From an uncultured Burkholderiales Genera incertae sedis bacterium (GTDB lineage Bacteria > Pseudomonadota > Gammaproteobacteria > Burkholderiales > Eutrophovitaceae), in assembly GCA_905478365.1 (NCBI GenBank), contig CAJQIK010000028.1:1-55112 (forward strand): a stretch of DNA of 55,112 nt, written 5' to 3'. The stretch's first letter is position 1. Each line of letters starts with the position of its first letter. The notes under the pieces are model-generated. The model saw nothing but the letters and a program-made list of their open reading frames with translations, did no database searches and was not told the DNA's origin. The translations under genes were made by a program, and so were the position numbers. Shown here one piece after another: positions 29,458-37,854 of this stretch.

Positions 29458-30492
29458 ATGACTGTAGAGACATTACGCTGGAGAAACAACCAACTTGAAA
29501 TGATTGATCAACGGTGTCTACCGTCGGTTGTTCAGTACTTATCGTATTCGGATGCGCAAACCGTTGCAGACGGTATTCAGAAGATGGTAGTCAGAGGCGC
29601 ACCGGCAATCGGTGTAGCGGCAGCTTACGGCATTGCTCTAGAGGCGCAAAAGTATGTTTTGCTCAACGGAGCGGATTTTCATAAGCGAATGGCGCAAGCT
29701 TTTAAGGTTTTAGCTGCAAGTCGACCAACCGCTGTAAATTTGTTTTGGGCTTTGAATCGTATGCGCGATCGACTCTCAGATGCGGCGCAGATGGAAACTG
29801 TATCCTTGGCGCGTTTACTACTTGATGAGGCGCACGCGATTTATCATGAAGATATCGAGATCAATAAAACAATGGGTGCGTTTGGCGCATCGATTCTTGA
29901 AGACGGCATGTGTGTTTTGACGCATTGTAATGCCGGCGCCCTGGCGACTGCGGGTCATGGTACCGCGCTCGGTGTTATTCGCTCTGCCGTGACTGCAGGA
30001 AAAAAAATAACGGTGTTTGCTGATGAGACTCGACCGTTTTTGCAAGGAGCTCGTTTGACGGCTTGGGAGCTTTCGGAAGACGGGATAGATACGACTTTAA
30101 TAACCGACAATATGTCTGGCCACTTTATGAAAAGCGGTGCAATTGATGCGGTTATTGTGGGTACTGACAGAGTTGCGGCTAATGGTGATGTGGCAAATAA
30201 AATCGGGACATATATGGTGGCCGTTCTGGCTAAAGAGCATGACATTCCTTTTTATGTTGCTTGTCCGTTGTCAACGATAGACTTATCTATACCCAGTGGT
30301 GATGATATTCCTATTGAAGAAAGATCCTCGAATGAAGTTACAGGATACGGAGATGTCCGATGGGCACCCAAAAATATTCAAGTTAGGAACCCGTCTTTTG
30401 ATGTGACGCCCGCACGATTAGTTACTGCCTTGATTACAGAAAAAGGTATTGTTTACTCGCCGAGCGATAACAAGCTAAAGGCCCTGTACTAG
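29458..30492 (+). CDS. mtnA: S-methyl-5-thioribose-1-phosphate isomerase
   Basis: 344 aa. MVVRGAPAIGVAAAYG, SRPTAVNLFWAL, THCNAGALAT, VGTDRVAANGDVANKIGTY, NPSFDVTP. Confidence 0.9.
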   Translation: MTVETLRWRNNQLEMIDQRCLPSVVQYLSYSDAQTVADGIQKMVVRGAPAIGVAAAYGIALEAQKYVLLNGADFHKRMAQAFKVLAASRPTAVNLFWALNRMRDRLSDAAQMETVSLARLLLDEAHAIYHEDIEINKTMGAFGASILEDGMCVLTHCNAGALATAGHGTALGVIRSAVTAGKKITVFADETRPFLQGARLTAWELSEDGIDTTLITDNMSGHFMKSGAIDAVIVGTDRVAANGDVANKIGTYMVAVLAKEHDIPFYVACPLSTIDLSIPSGDDIPIEERSSNEVTGYGDVRWAPKNIQVRNPSFDVTPARLVTALITEKGIVYSPSDNKLKALY

Positions 30493-30534
30493 AGCGTTTA
30501 TGCTCTAATTATTAAATAAAAAAGGACAAGAATA

Positions 30535-31278
30535 ATGACCAACCGATTTAAAAATAAAGTGGTATTAATCACTGGTGCTGGGCAGGGGATAGGACTAGCT
30601 ACCGCGAAAAGAATGGCGAGCGAGGGAGCTACAATCATCGCAGGAATACTAGATGACGCTCAGGCTGATGCGGTAAAGGCTTACGAAGCAATAAAGTTAG
30701 ATGTTCGTCATGAAGAATCGTGGATAGCCGCGATGGATTCGCTGATGATGTCTCATGGTGGGTTAGATGTGTTGATTAATAATGCGGGCATTTCCCCTCA
30801 AGCTACGGCAGAGGAAACGACGCCGGAGTTTTGGGATGAGGTTATGGCTATCAATCTTCGAGGAAGTTTTCTTGGCTGCCAAAAGGCGATCCCAGTTATG
30901 AGAAATAGGGGTGGCGGAGCGATTGTAAACATAGCATCTATCAACGGTATCCGTGGTAATCGGCGGTTAGTTGCTTATGCGGCCACTAAAGGCGCGATAG
31001 TTTCGATGACTATGTCGTTAGCGTTGGATCATAGTCAAGATAACATTCGTGTCAATTGTGTTTGTCCCGCTACAATTGACACTGCGATGCCAAGAGGCAT
31101 GGTTGCTGAGGCTCCTGATCCTGCATTACTTCAGAGGCAAATGATCGAAAAGCACCCGATTGGTCGTATCGGACAACCAGAGGAGGTGGCGTCGACGATT
31201 GCTTTTTTGGCGAGTGAAGATGCCTCGTTTATGACAGGTTTAGCAATTCCGGTAGATGGTGGCCGGAGTATTCGTTAA
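30535..31278 (+). CDS. Classical SDR-family oxidoreductase (3-oxoacyl-ACP-reductase-like)
   Basis: 247 aa. VLITGAGQGIGLA, NNAGI, YAATKGA (YxxxK), PIGRIGQPEEVA. It lies 42 nt downstream of mtnA on the same strand. Confidence 0.8.
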   Translation: MTNRFKNKVVLITGAGQGIGLATAKRMASEGATIIAGILDDAQADAVKAYEAIKLDVRHEESWIAAMDSLMMSHGGLDVLINNAGISPQATAEETTPEFWDEVMAINLRGSFLGCQKAIPVMRNRGGGAIVNIASINGIRGNRRLVAYAATKGAIVSMTMSLALDHSQDNIRVNCVCPATIDTAMPRGMVAEAPDPALLQRQMIEKHPIGRIGQPEEVASTIAFLASEDASFMTGLAIPVDGGRSIR

Positions 31279-31303
31279 GAACTTAACGTTATAAGCGGCC
31301 ATG

Positions 31304-31552
31304 TTAACCCGCGCCGATCGGTGGAATGAGATGAATTTCACTGTTCTCGCTTATAGGGGCAAACAGAATATCTTGATAGATTTCACCGTCGATCGCAACA
31401 GCGAAACCCTCAGATTCGATTAGTGGTGCCAGAGGAGGACAAATGCGCTTCAGTTCTCCTACCAACTGGTGAACATTTCTCGCCTGGATAGTAAATTCAC
31501 CAATACCATTCGTGAGGTTTTTTAAAGAACCAGTGAGAATAAGTTGTGCCAA
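31304..31552 (-). CDS. MoaD/ThiS-family beta-grasp (ubiquitin-like sulfur-carrier-like) protein with an atypical C-terminal Gly-Ala-Gly
   Basis: 82 aa. The C-terminal half, FAVAIDGEIYQD...SEIHLIPPIGAG*, parallels the MoaD ending ...DEVAFFPPVTGG. TTG is the only possible start in the frame. It begins 13 nt after the stop of the Mo-subunit gene, with no obvious SD. Confidence 0.62.
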   Translation of the reverse strand: MAQLILTGSLKNLTNGIGEFTIQARNVHQLVGELKRICPPLAPLIESEGFAVAIDGEIYQDILFAPISENSEIHLIPPIGAG

Positions 31553-31565
31553 GGATTTGTTCGGC

Positions 31566-33839
31566 CTAACCGTGCATCAGTTTCGCTAAAACTTTGGGTG
31601 GAGAAAGTGGTAGCTCATCGAAGCGTTTATTTGTTGCCCTCGATACAGCGTTAGAGATGGCTGCAAGTGGCGGAATGATCGGCGTTTCCCCGACGCCCCG
31701 AACTCCGTAAGGATGATTCGGGTTTGGCACTTCAACGATTACTGTATCTATCATCGGAACATCTGAGCATACCGGTATACGATAGTCCAAGAATCCCGTA
31801 TTTTCCAGTTCGCCTTTTTCGTTGTATATGTATTCTTCGTTAAGAGCCCAACCTATTCCTTGAACTGCACCTCCCTGCATTTGTCCCTCAACATAGGCAG
31901 GGTGAATAGCTTTTCCGGCATCTTGGATTGCAGTGTAGCGAATAATGGAGACCTGACCGGTCTCTTCATCTACTTCAACATCGACGATGTGTGTACCCAG
32001 GCTTGGCCCCGCGCCAGTGACGTTCATCGAGCAATTAGCCATGATTGGTCCCCCGGTTTTTCCGGCTTGTTTTGCGATTTGCGCAAGACTCATTGTCTTA
32101 GGTTCATCTCCTGAAATTAAGCGAGCGTGGCCCTCAAACCATTCGACTTGATCAAGAGAAACTTCCCAAAGTAATGCCGCTCGCTTTTTAAGCTCCTCGA
32201 TTGCCTCTCTCGTAGATTCAACCACAGTGGTACCAGTAGAGAACGTGGCTCGACTACCCCCCGTTAGAAAGTTAAAGCCAAGAGAATTAGTATCGCCAAT
32301 AATCGGTTTAATTAACTCCATCGGAACACCGAGTTCTTCAGATGCCATCATCGCCATGGAGGCTCGAGATCCACCAATATCCGGTGTACCCAGCGTAAGC
32401 CCAACTGTACCATCTTCATTAATTGTAATGGATGAGCTGGTTTCGCCACCAATATTGAACCAGAAACCCGAGGCAACCCCTCGGGCTTGGTTCGGTCCGA
32501 GTGGCGCTGAGTAGTGTGGATGGCTCTTAGCTGCTTCAAGTGTCTCGATCATACCGATCGGTCCTAGTTTAGGACCATAAGGAGCAATGGTCCCTTCTTT
32601 GGCGGCATTTTTTAGACGCAGATCAATAGGATCCATACCAATTTTTATTGCTATTTCATCGATGACGCTTTCAACTCCATATTCAGAAATAGGACCTCCG
32701 GGAGCGCGATATGCGGCAACCTTAGGGCGATTTACAACGATATCGTATCCGACTGCCCGGACATTTTTCAGATCATACGGAGCAAATGCACACATAGCCC
32801 CTGGGCCTACTGGGGCGCCTTGAAATGCTCCTGCTTGATATTTTAAGACGCAGTCTCCCGCCGTTATTTGACCATTGTTTTTGACGCCAATCTTGACCCA
32901 TATTTTCGCTCCAGATGTTGGTCCGCTAGACGTAAATACTTCGGCTCGGTTCATTTCCATTTTGACAGGACGGCATGACTTTCTTGACAACGCGAGCGCT
33001 AAAGGCTCCAGGTAGACAACCGTTTTTCCGCCGAATCCACCACCAATTTCTGAGGCAGTTACTCTAATTTGTGCTGCATTGAAGCCAAGGAGTTTAGAAC
33101 AGAAATTCCTTACAACGAAAGGCCCTTGAGTCGTGCACCACAACTCAGCCTGACCATCTTCAGAGACACTGGCTAGGCAAGCATGAGGTTCAATATATCC
33201 TTGGTGGACTTGTTGCGTTGTAAATTCTCTCTCTATTATCAGGTCTGCTTCGGAGAATCCTTTTTCTACATCTCCAAATCCGAACTCGACACGTTTGGCC
33301 ACATTTGAGGCTGATTCGGGCGCAGGCTCAATCCCGATTGTAATCATGTCGTCGTGTAACAATGGAGCACCGGGTTTTTCTGCGTCCTCAACTTCTAATA
33401 CATGAGGTAGCACTTCATATGTTACATCTATAAGAGCAAGCGCTTGCTCGGCAATATCTTCGCTTGTGGCTGCTACAGCCGCAACGGTATGTCCAACGTA
33501 TAGCGCTTTTTCTCGAGCCATGACATTTCGAGTAATGTCCTTCATGTTTACAACCATCTCTCCGTTAGGGACAAATTCTGATGGAAAGTCTTCGAAGTCG
33601 GTCGAGGTAACAATCGCTTTTACCCCTTTTAGCTCTTCGGCTTTACTGGTATCAATAGAGATAATTTTCGCATGAGCGTAAGGGCTTCTAAGGACTCGTC
33701 CCACTAACATATTTGGAAGTGATTTGTCTGCGCCAAACAACGCCCTACCTGTGACTTTATCTACCCCGTCAGGCCTAGCAGGTCGCGAGCCAACAATTTT
33801 TAGGGCTCGCTCAAGGTTCGTTTGAGTCATGTCATTCAT
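31566..33839 (-). CDS. Xanthine dehydrogenase-family molybdopterin-binding large subunit (CoxL/CutL-like, not a CO dehydrogenase)
   Basis: 757 aa. RPDGVDKVTGRALFGAD, GGGFGGK, and the catalytic-Glu motif RGVGETP near the C-terminus. The discriminating loop reads AAYRAPGG (nt 32694-32717) instead of AYxCSFR or AYRGAGR. Confidence 0.85.
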   Translation of the reverse strand: MNDMTQTNLERALKIVGSRPARPDGVDKVTGRALFGADKSLPNMLVGRVLRSPYAHAKIISIDTSKAEELKGVKAIVTSTDFEDFPSEFVPNGEMVVNMKDITRNVMAREKALYVGHTVAAVAATSEDIAEQALALIDVTYEVLPHVLEVEDAEKPGAPLLHDDMITIGIEPAPESASNVAKRVEFGFGDVEKGFSEADLIIEREFTTQQVHQGYIEPHACLASVSEDGQAELWCTTQGPFVVRNFCSKLLGFNAAQIRVTASEIGGGFGGKTVVYLEPLALALSRKSCRPVKMEMNRAEVFTSSGPTSGAKIWVKIGVKNNGQITAGDCVLKYQAGAFQGAPVGPGAMCAFAPYDLKNVRAVGYDIVVNRPKVAAYRAPGGPISEYGVESVIDEIAIKIGMDPIDLRLKNAAKEGTIAPYGPKLGPIGMIETLEAAKSHPHYSAPLGPNQARGVASGFWFNIGGETSSSITINEDGTVGLTLGTPDIGGSRASMAMMASEELGVPMELIKPIIGDTNSLGFNFLTGGSRATFSTGTTVVESTREAIEELKKRAALLWEVSLDQVEWFEGHARLISGDEPKTMSLAQIAKQAGKTGGPIMANCSMNVTGAGPSLGTHIVDVEVDEETGQVSIIRYTAIQDAGKAIHPAYVEGQMQGGAVQGIGWALNEEYIYNEKGELENTGFLDYRIPVCSDVPMIDTVIVEVPNPNHPYGVRGVGETPIIPPLAAISNAVSRATNKRFDELPLSPPKVLAKLMHG

Positions 33840-33871
33840 GTTTAATTCCTTTTTCTCTAAAGTCTAAATCT

Positions 33872-34348
33872 TCAGGTATTTCTGGCTTCAGCTGCCACTT
33901 CTAGAACGGCCCTTACAATCTTATCGTACCCAGTACATCGACATAAATTGCCAGCCAACCAAAATCGTACTTCCTCTTCACTGGGATTTTTATTTTTTTC
34001 TAAGAGCGCCTTTGCCGCGACTAAAACCCCAGGCGTACAGATACCACATTGAAGCGCAGCAAGATCGATAAATTTTTGTTGTAGAGGGTCTAGTGAAGAC
34101 CCTGTCGATAGACCTTCTACCGTTTCAATTTTTTTACCGTCAGCCTCTACGCCAAGGACGAGACAAGCGCAAACCAACCGATCGTCCATCATTACGCTAC
34201 AGGCCCCGCAATCTCCGGTAGCACACCCTTCTTTGCTCCCTTTCAGGTCTAGTTCATGCCTTAAAACATCTAAAAGGGTTTGCTGTGTATTACAGAGAAA
34301 TTCGTAGCTATCTCCGTTGATATGTGTTGCAACATGTGTCTTTGACAT
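33872..34348 (-). CDS. (2Fe-2S)-binding small subunit of the molybdenum hydroxylase (CoxS/CutS-like)
   Basis: 158 aa. CATGDCGACSV (plant-type 2Fe-2S) plus the CGICTPG...CRCTGY second cluster motif. Confidence 0.9.
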   Translation of the reverse strand: MSKTHVATHINGDSYEFLCNTQQTLLDVLRHELDLKGSKEGCATGDCGACSVMMDDRLVCACLVLGVEADGKKIETVEGLSTGSSLDPLQQKFIDLAALQCGICTPGVLVAAKALLEKNKNPSEEEVRFWLAGNLCRCTGYDKIVRAVLEVAAEARNT

Positions 34349-34371
34349 CTTTTTACTCTCGAGTTCGTTTT

Positions 34372-35226
34372 TTAATGGTTGGTTGCTCGTTCATATGCGA
34401 TCGTAAGAGTTCGCTTCGACAGCACCCCTGCAATTTTTGTTCGATATTCGATAGTGCCTCGTTTATCTTTTATGGGTTTACACGCGGCCTCGGCGATTGA
34501 AACCAATTTGTTTATTGAGTTTTCGTCTGGCTCTTTACCGATAAAAATATCTTCCAGACCGTCAAGAACAATCTGGGTGGGCGCTATTGCGCCTAGACAT
34601 ACGCGAATAGACGTGATTTTTTTATTTTTATCCACGCTCACTGTGGTTCCTGCACCGACAACCGCAATATCCATTTCGCTCCGGGGAATCAAACGAAGGT
34701 AAGCATCACCTGTTCCACTTTGAGGTTTGGGAAGTTTAAACCCCAGAATAAACTCTCCCTTTTCGAGCGCCGTTACTCCTGGAGATGTCACGATTTTTTC
34801 TATCGGCTCCTCGCGCTCTCTTGATTGTCCGGAGATAATACAAGTACCCCTGGCCGAGATCAGCGCTGGTACGCTGTCAGCTGCCGGGGAGGCATTACAT
34901 AAATTACCTCCGAGAGTCGCGCGGCCTTGAATTTGGGTTGAACCGATCAGAGACAATGCCTCCACTACTCCCGGCCAGTCTTTACAAAAGGATTCGTGCT
35001 CGACAATTTCTGCACATGGCGTCGCCGCACCGATCCACCACCCGTCAGCTGTTGCTTCAATACCCATTATTTTAGGTACTTGTTTGATGTCAACAACCAT
35101 GCTCGGTGATACAAATTTGGTTTTCAGCTTAACAAGTAAATCTGTTCCTCCGGCAAGGGCGAATGCGCCTTCTTGAACCAGGGCTTTACTGGCTTCTAAT
35201 GCGGTTTTCGGTACAACATAATTCAT
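34372..35226 (-). CDS. FAD-binding medium subunit of the molybdenum hydroxylase (CoxM/CutM-like)
   Basis: I chose the ATG at 35226, preceded by GGGGAGA; the GTG at 35250 in the ORF track is less likely. FALAGGTDLLVKLK and TLGGNLCNASPAADS are FAD_binding_5 motifs. Confidence 0.85.
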   Translation of the reverse strand: MNYVVPKTALEASKALVQEGAFALAGGTDLLVKLKTKFVSPSMVVDIKQVPKIMGIEATADGWWIGAATPCAEIVEHESFCKDWPGVVEALSLIGSTQIQGRATLGGNLCNASPAADSVPALISARGTCIISGQSREREEPIEKIVTSPGVTALEKGEFILGFKLPKPQSGTGDAYLRLIPRSEMDIAVVGAGTTVSVDKNKKITSIRVCLGAIAPTQIVLDGLEDIFIGKEPDENSINKLVSIAEAACKPIKDKRGTIEYRTKIAGVLSKRTLTIAYERATNH

Positions 35227-35408
35227 GGTGTTTCTCCCCGTAACTAACACTTACTGATGTTTTTAGCATAAAAATACGATATTACGTTAATTTTAAGGCA
35301 CTTTGAGCTAATGTGTGGTCGTCTTATTAAGAGGGTTTCTGTGACGACCATGTGTTTATGCCGAAAATCACACATGTAATTTTTTTGGCCGGATGAAATC
35401 GTCGAGGC

Positions 35409-37295
35409 TTAAAGTTCGATGCGTGTCCCCAGTTCAACCACTCGGTTAGCGGGTAGCTTAAAAAAACTAATAGCGCTTGCAGAATTTCTTGACATCAGCG
35501 CGAATAATTTTTCACGCCACAGCGCCATATCTTTCCCTAATTTTGGAACTAAAGTTTGTCGGGAAAGGAAATATGATGTTTCCATTGTATTAAATTTGAG
35601 TCCAGAGGAAGCACACAGCTCAAGTGCCGCGGGGATATCCGGCTGATCTTTGAAACCATAGCGCACGAGAATTTTGTGAAATTCGTCAGTGATTGACTCA
35701 ACTGCTACGCGTTCTTTATCTGAGACGTGCGGTATTTCCTCAGTCCTCACCGTTAAAAGAACAACGCGTTCGTGCAGAACTTTATTGTGGTTTAGGTTGT
35801 GTAGCAGTGCGTGCGGCACAGTGTTTGAGGAGGTCGTCATGAAAACTGCTGTACCGGACACTCGTTGGGGAGGGTATGTCGCTAGGCTGCTTAAGAACGG
35901 TTCGAGCTCTAGCGCATCAGGGGCTAGTTCTCGAGCGAGTCCTTGACGTCCTTTGTACCAAGTCGTAAATAACGTAAATAATATCAACCCGATCGCAAAT
36001 GGAAACCAGCCACCATGAAGAATTTTGACAGAATTTGCAGAGAATAAAACTAAATCAAAAATCAGAAAAATTATTGCGATTGGTAGCGCATACCATCGAC
36101 GCCAACCCCACAAATGGGTGACTACAAAGTAGGCCATGATCGTGTCAATCGCCATCATCCCAGTGACTGCTACGCCATACGCTCCCGCCAGATTGCTGGA
36201 TGATCCAAAGGATAGGATCAACAATAAAACAGCGGCTAACAGCATCCAGTTAATCCAAGGCATGTAAATTTGTCCGATTTCGCTCTCCGAGGTATGGAAC
36301 ACGTCAAGTCTTGGGCAATAACCCAGCTGAATTGCTTGTCTTGTCAATGAATAGGTGCCTGATATTACCGCTTGCGATGCAACTACTGTTGCAATGGTGG
36401 TCATACCTATGAGCGGATAAAGTCCCCACTGAGGAACCATGTTGTAAAAGGGATGAGATATGGTCTCAGGTTGCGCAAGAATGAGCGCGCCCTGGCCAAA
36501 ATAATTAAGCAATAAGTTGGGCCATACCCATAAAGTCCAAGCAATTCTTATTGGTCTTCTACCAAAATGCCCCATATCGGTATAGATACCCTCGGTACCA
36601 GTAACCGCTAGTGCGATGGCACCAATGGCTAAAAATCCAAAGATCTTATTTGTAATAAAAAATTCTACTGCATAGGCTGGATTTAGTGCTTTAAAGATCG
36701 AAAGATCTAGTCCTAGATTAATGAGGCCTAAAAACCCAAGGACACCAAACCAGATGACGGTTACTGGGCCAAAAAGAGCACCAACTCCACCGCTTCCCCG
36801 TTGCTGTAACACAAAAAGAAGAATTACAATCACGATCGTTATTGGCATGACGTAGGGTTGGAGGGTGGGCGTCGCAACTCCCAGACCTTCAACCGCGGAC
36901 AGTACCGAGATCGCGGGAGTAATGATGCCGTCACCATAAAAAAGCGCTGCGCCAAACAGCCCGAGGGCAATTAAAAAAAATCGCTTTTTTGGTTTTTTTT
37001 CTGTTGCTTTTAGCACCAGCGCCAGTAGGGCCATCATGCCGCCTTCCCCGCGATTGTCTGCTTTAAGCATGAAGAATACGTACTTTACCGAGACAACTAA
37101 TGCGAGCGCCCAAAATATGAGTGATAAACATCCTAGGATGTTGTCTGCGCTCGGCGTGATACCGTAACGGGGGCTAAACACCTCTCTGATCGTGTATATC
37201 GGACTAGTACCAATATCTCCAAATACAACGCCAATCGCCGCAATTGTTAGCGCAGCAATATTTTGTTTATGGGTATCTTGGGAGTTAATATGCAT
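35409..37295 (-). CDS. kup: Potassium uptake transporter Kup (KUP/HAK/KT family)
   Basis: The ATG at 37295 gives MHINSQDTHKQNIAALTIAAIGVVFGDIGTSPIYTIREVF, matching the E. coli Kup N-terminus pattern. The protein is multi-TM with a C-terminal cytosolic domain. The extra 37 aa up to 37406 have no family resemblance. Confidence 0.92.
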   Translation of the reverse strand: MHINSQDTHKQNIAALTIAAIGVVFGDIGTSPIYTIREVFSPRYGITPSADNILGCLSLIFWALALVVSVKYVFFMLKADNRGEGGMMALLALVLKATEKKPKKRFFLIALGLFGAALFYGDGIITPAISVLSAVEGLGVATPTLQPYVMPITIVIVILLFVLQQRGSGGVGALFGPVTVIWFGVLGFLGLINLGLDLSIFKALNPAYAVEFFITNKIFGFLAIGAIALAVTGTEGIYTDMGHFGRRPIRIAWTLWVWPNLLLNYFGQGALILAQPETISHPFYNMVPQWGLYPLIGMTTIATVVASQAVISGTYSLTRQAIQLGYCPRLDVFHTSESEIGQIYMPWINWMLLAAVLLLILSFGSSSNLAGAYGVAVTGMMAIDTIMAYFVVTHLWGWRRWYALPIAIIFLIFDLVLFSANSVKILHGGWFPFAIGLILFTLFTTWYKGRQGLARELAPDALELEPFLSSLATYPPQRVSGTAVFMTTSSNTVPHALLHNLNHNKVLHERVVLLTVRTEEIPHVSDKERVAVESITDEFHKILVRYGFKDQPDIPAALELCASSGLKFNTMETSYFLSRQTLVPKLGKDMALWREKLFALMSRNSASAISFFKLPANRVVELGTRIEL

Positions 37296-37443
37296 TAACG
37301 ATCTTAGGAATTGTTCGTTTGTCTTTCCAAATCTGCTATTTTTAAAACGAAAACCACATATAGCGTGTTGCACACTTAAACTTGAAGGATTTGATCCCGT
37401 GCCCATCTACTGTGCTGCACGATATTATACCTAGGAGATCACT

Positions 37444-37824
37444 ATGGCGAATCGAACTATCCAGACGAACTACGCGCCGCCGGCGCTAGGAGCTTATTCA
37501 CAGGGTGTGCAGGCGGGTTCAACCCTTTACATTTCGGGCCAGTTGGGCTTGGATCCTAAATCAGGATTATTGCTTCCGACGTTTATAGAGCAAGCAGACC
37601 AGAGCTTTCGAAATATTAAGTTCATTTTAGAAGAGGCGGGATTTACTTTAAATGATGTTGTGAAATTCACAGTTTTTATGACTGATTTAGCTGAGTTTGA
37701 TGCACTAAATTCACTTATGAGTGGTTTATTTGTATCGAATTGTTACCCCGCTCGTTCGGCGGTTCAAGTATCGTGTTTACCAAAAGGCGGGTTAATTGAG
37801 GTAGATGCAATCGCTTCTCGCTAG
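37444..37824 (+). CDS. ridA: RidA-family reactive enamine/imine deaminase
   Basis: 126 aa. PPALGAYSQGV..G.TLYISGQLGLDP, FMTDLAEF, and PARSAVQVSCLPKGGLIEVDAIA are typical YjgF/RidA motifs. Confidence 0.88.
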   Translation: MANRTIQTNYAPPALGAYSQGVQAGSTLYISGQLGLDPKSGLLLPTFIEQADQSFRNIKFILEEAGFTLNDVVKFTVFMTDLAEFDALNSLMSGLFVSNCYPARSAVQVSCLPKGGLIEVDAIASR

Positions 37825-37854
37825 ATTTTAATTTGGATTAATGTATTGATAGCT

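Noticed and set aside
31566-33839. Aerobic CO dehydrogenase (CoxL) call, suggested by the coxMSL gene order
   Set aside because: The diagnostic loop is AAYRAPGG and lacks the Cys of AYxCSFR. No coxDEFG accessory genes are present. It is annotated only as an XDH-family Mo subunit.
35261-35292. dif-like site (GCATAA ... TTACGTTAATT resembles the XerD arm TTATGTTAAAT)
   Set aside because: The putative arms are separated by about 10 nt instead of the 6-nt central region. The left arm matches only 6 nt of the XerC arm. The spacing is incompatible with a functional dif.
35227-35408. Moco riboswitch upstream of the molybdoenzyme operon
   Set aside because: Reading the minus strand, I could not find the conserved Moco-motif elements or a long multi-stem structure. 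The region is AT-rich with only two short hairpins. A CM search would be needed to exclude it formally.
37296-37406. 37-aa N-terminal extension of Kup (MGTGSNPSSLSVQHAICGF...)
   Set aside because: Homology to Kup begins exactly at the internal Met (MHINSQ...ALTIAAIGVVFGDIGTSPIY). The extension has no family resemblance and would consume the kup/ridA divergent promoter region.
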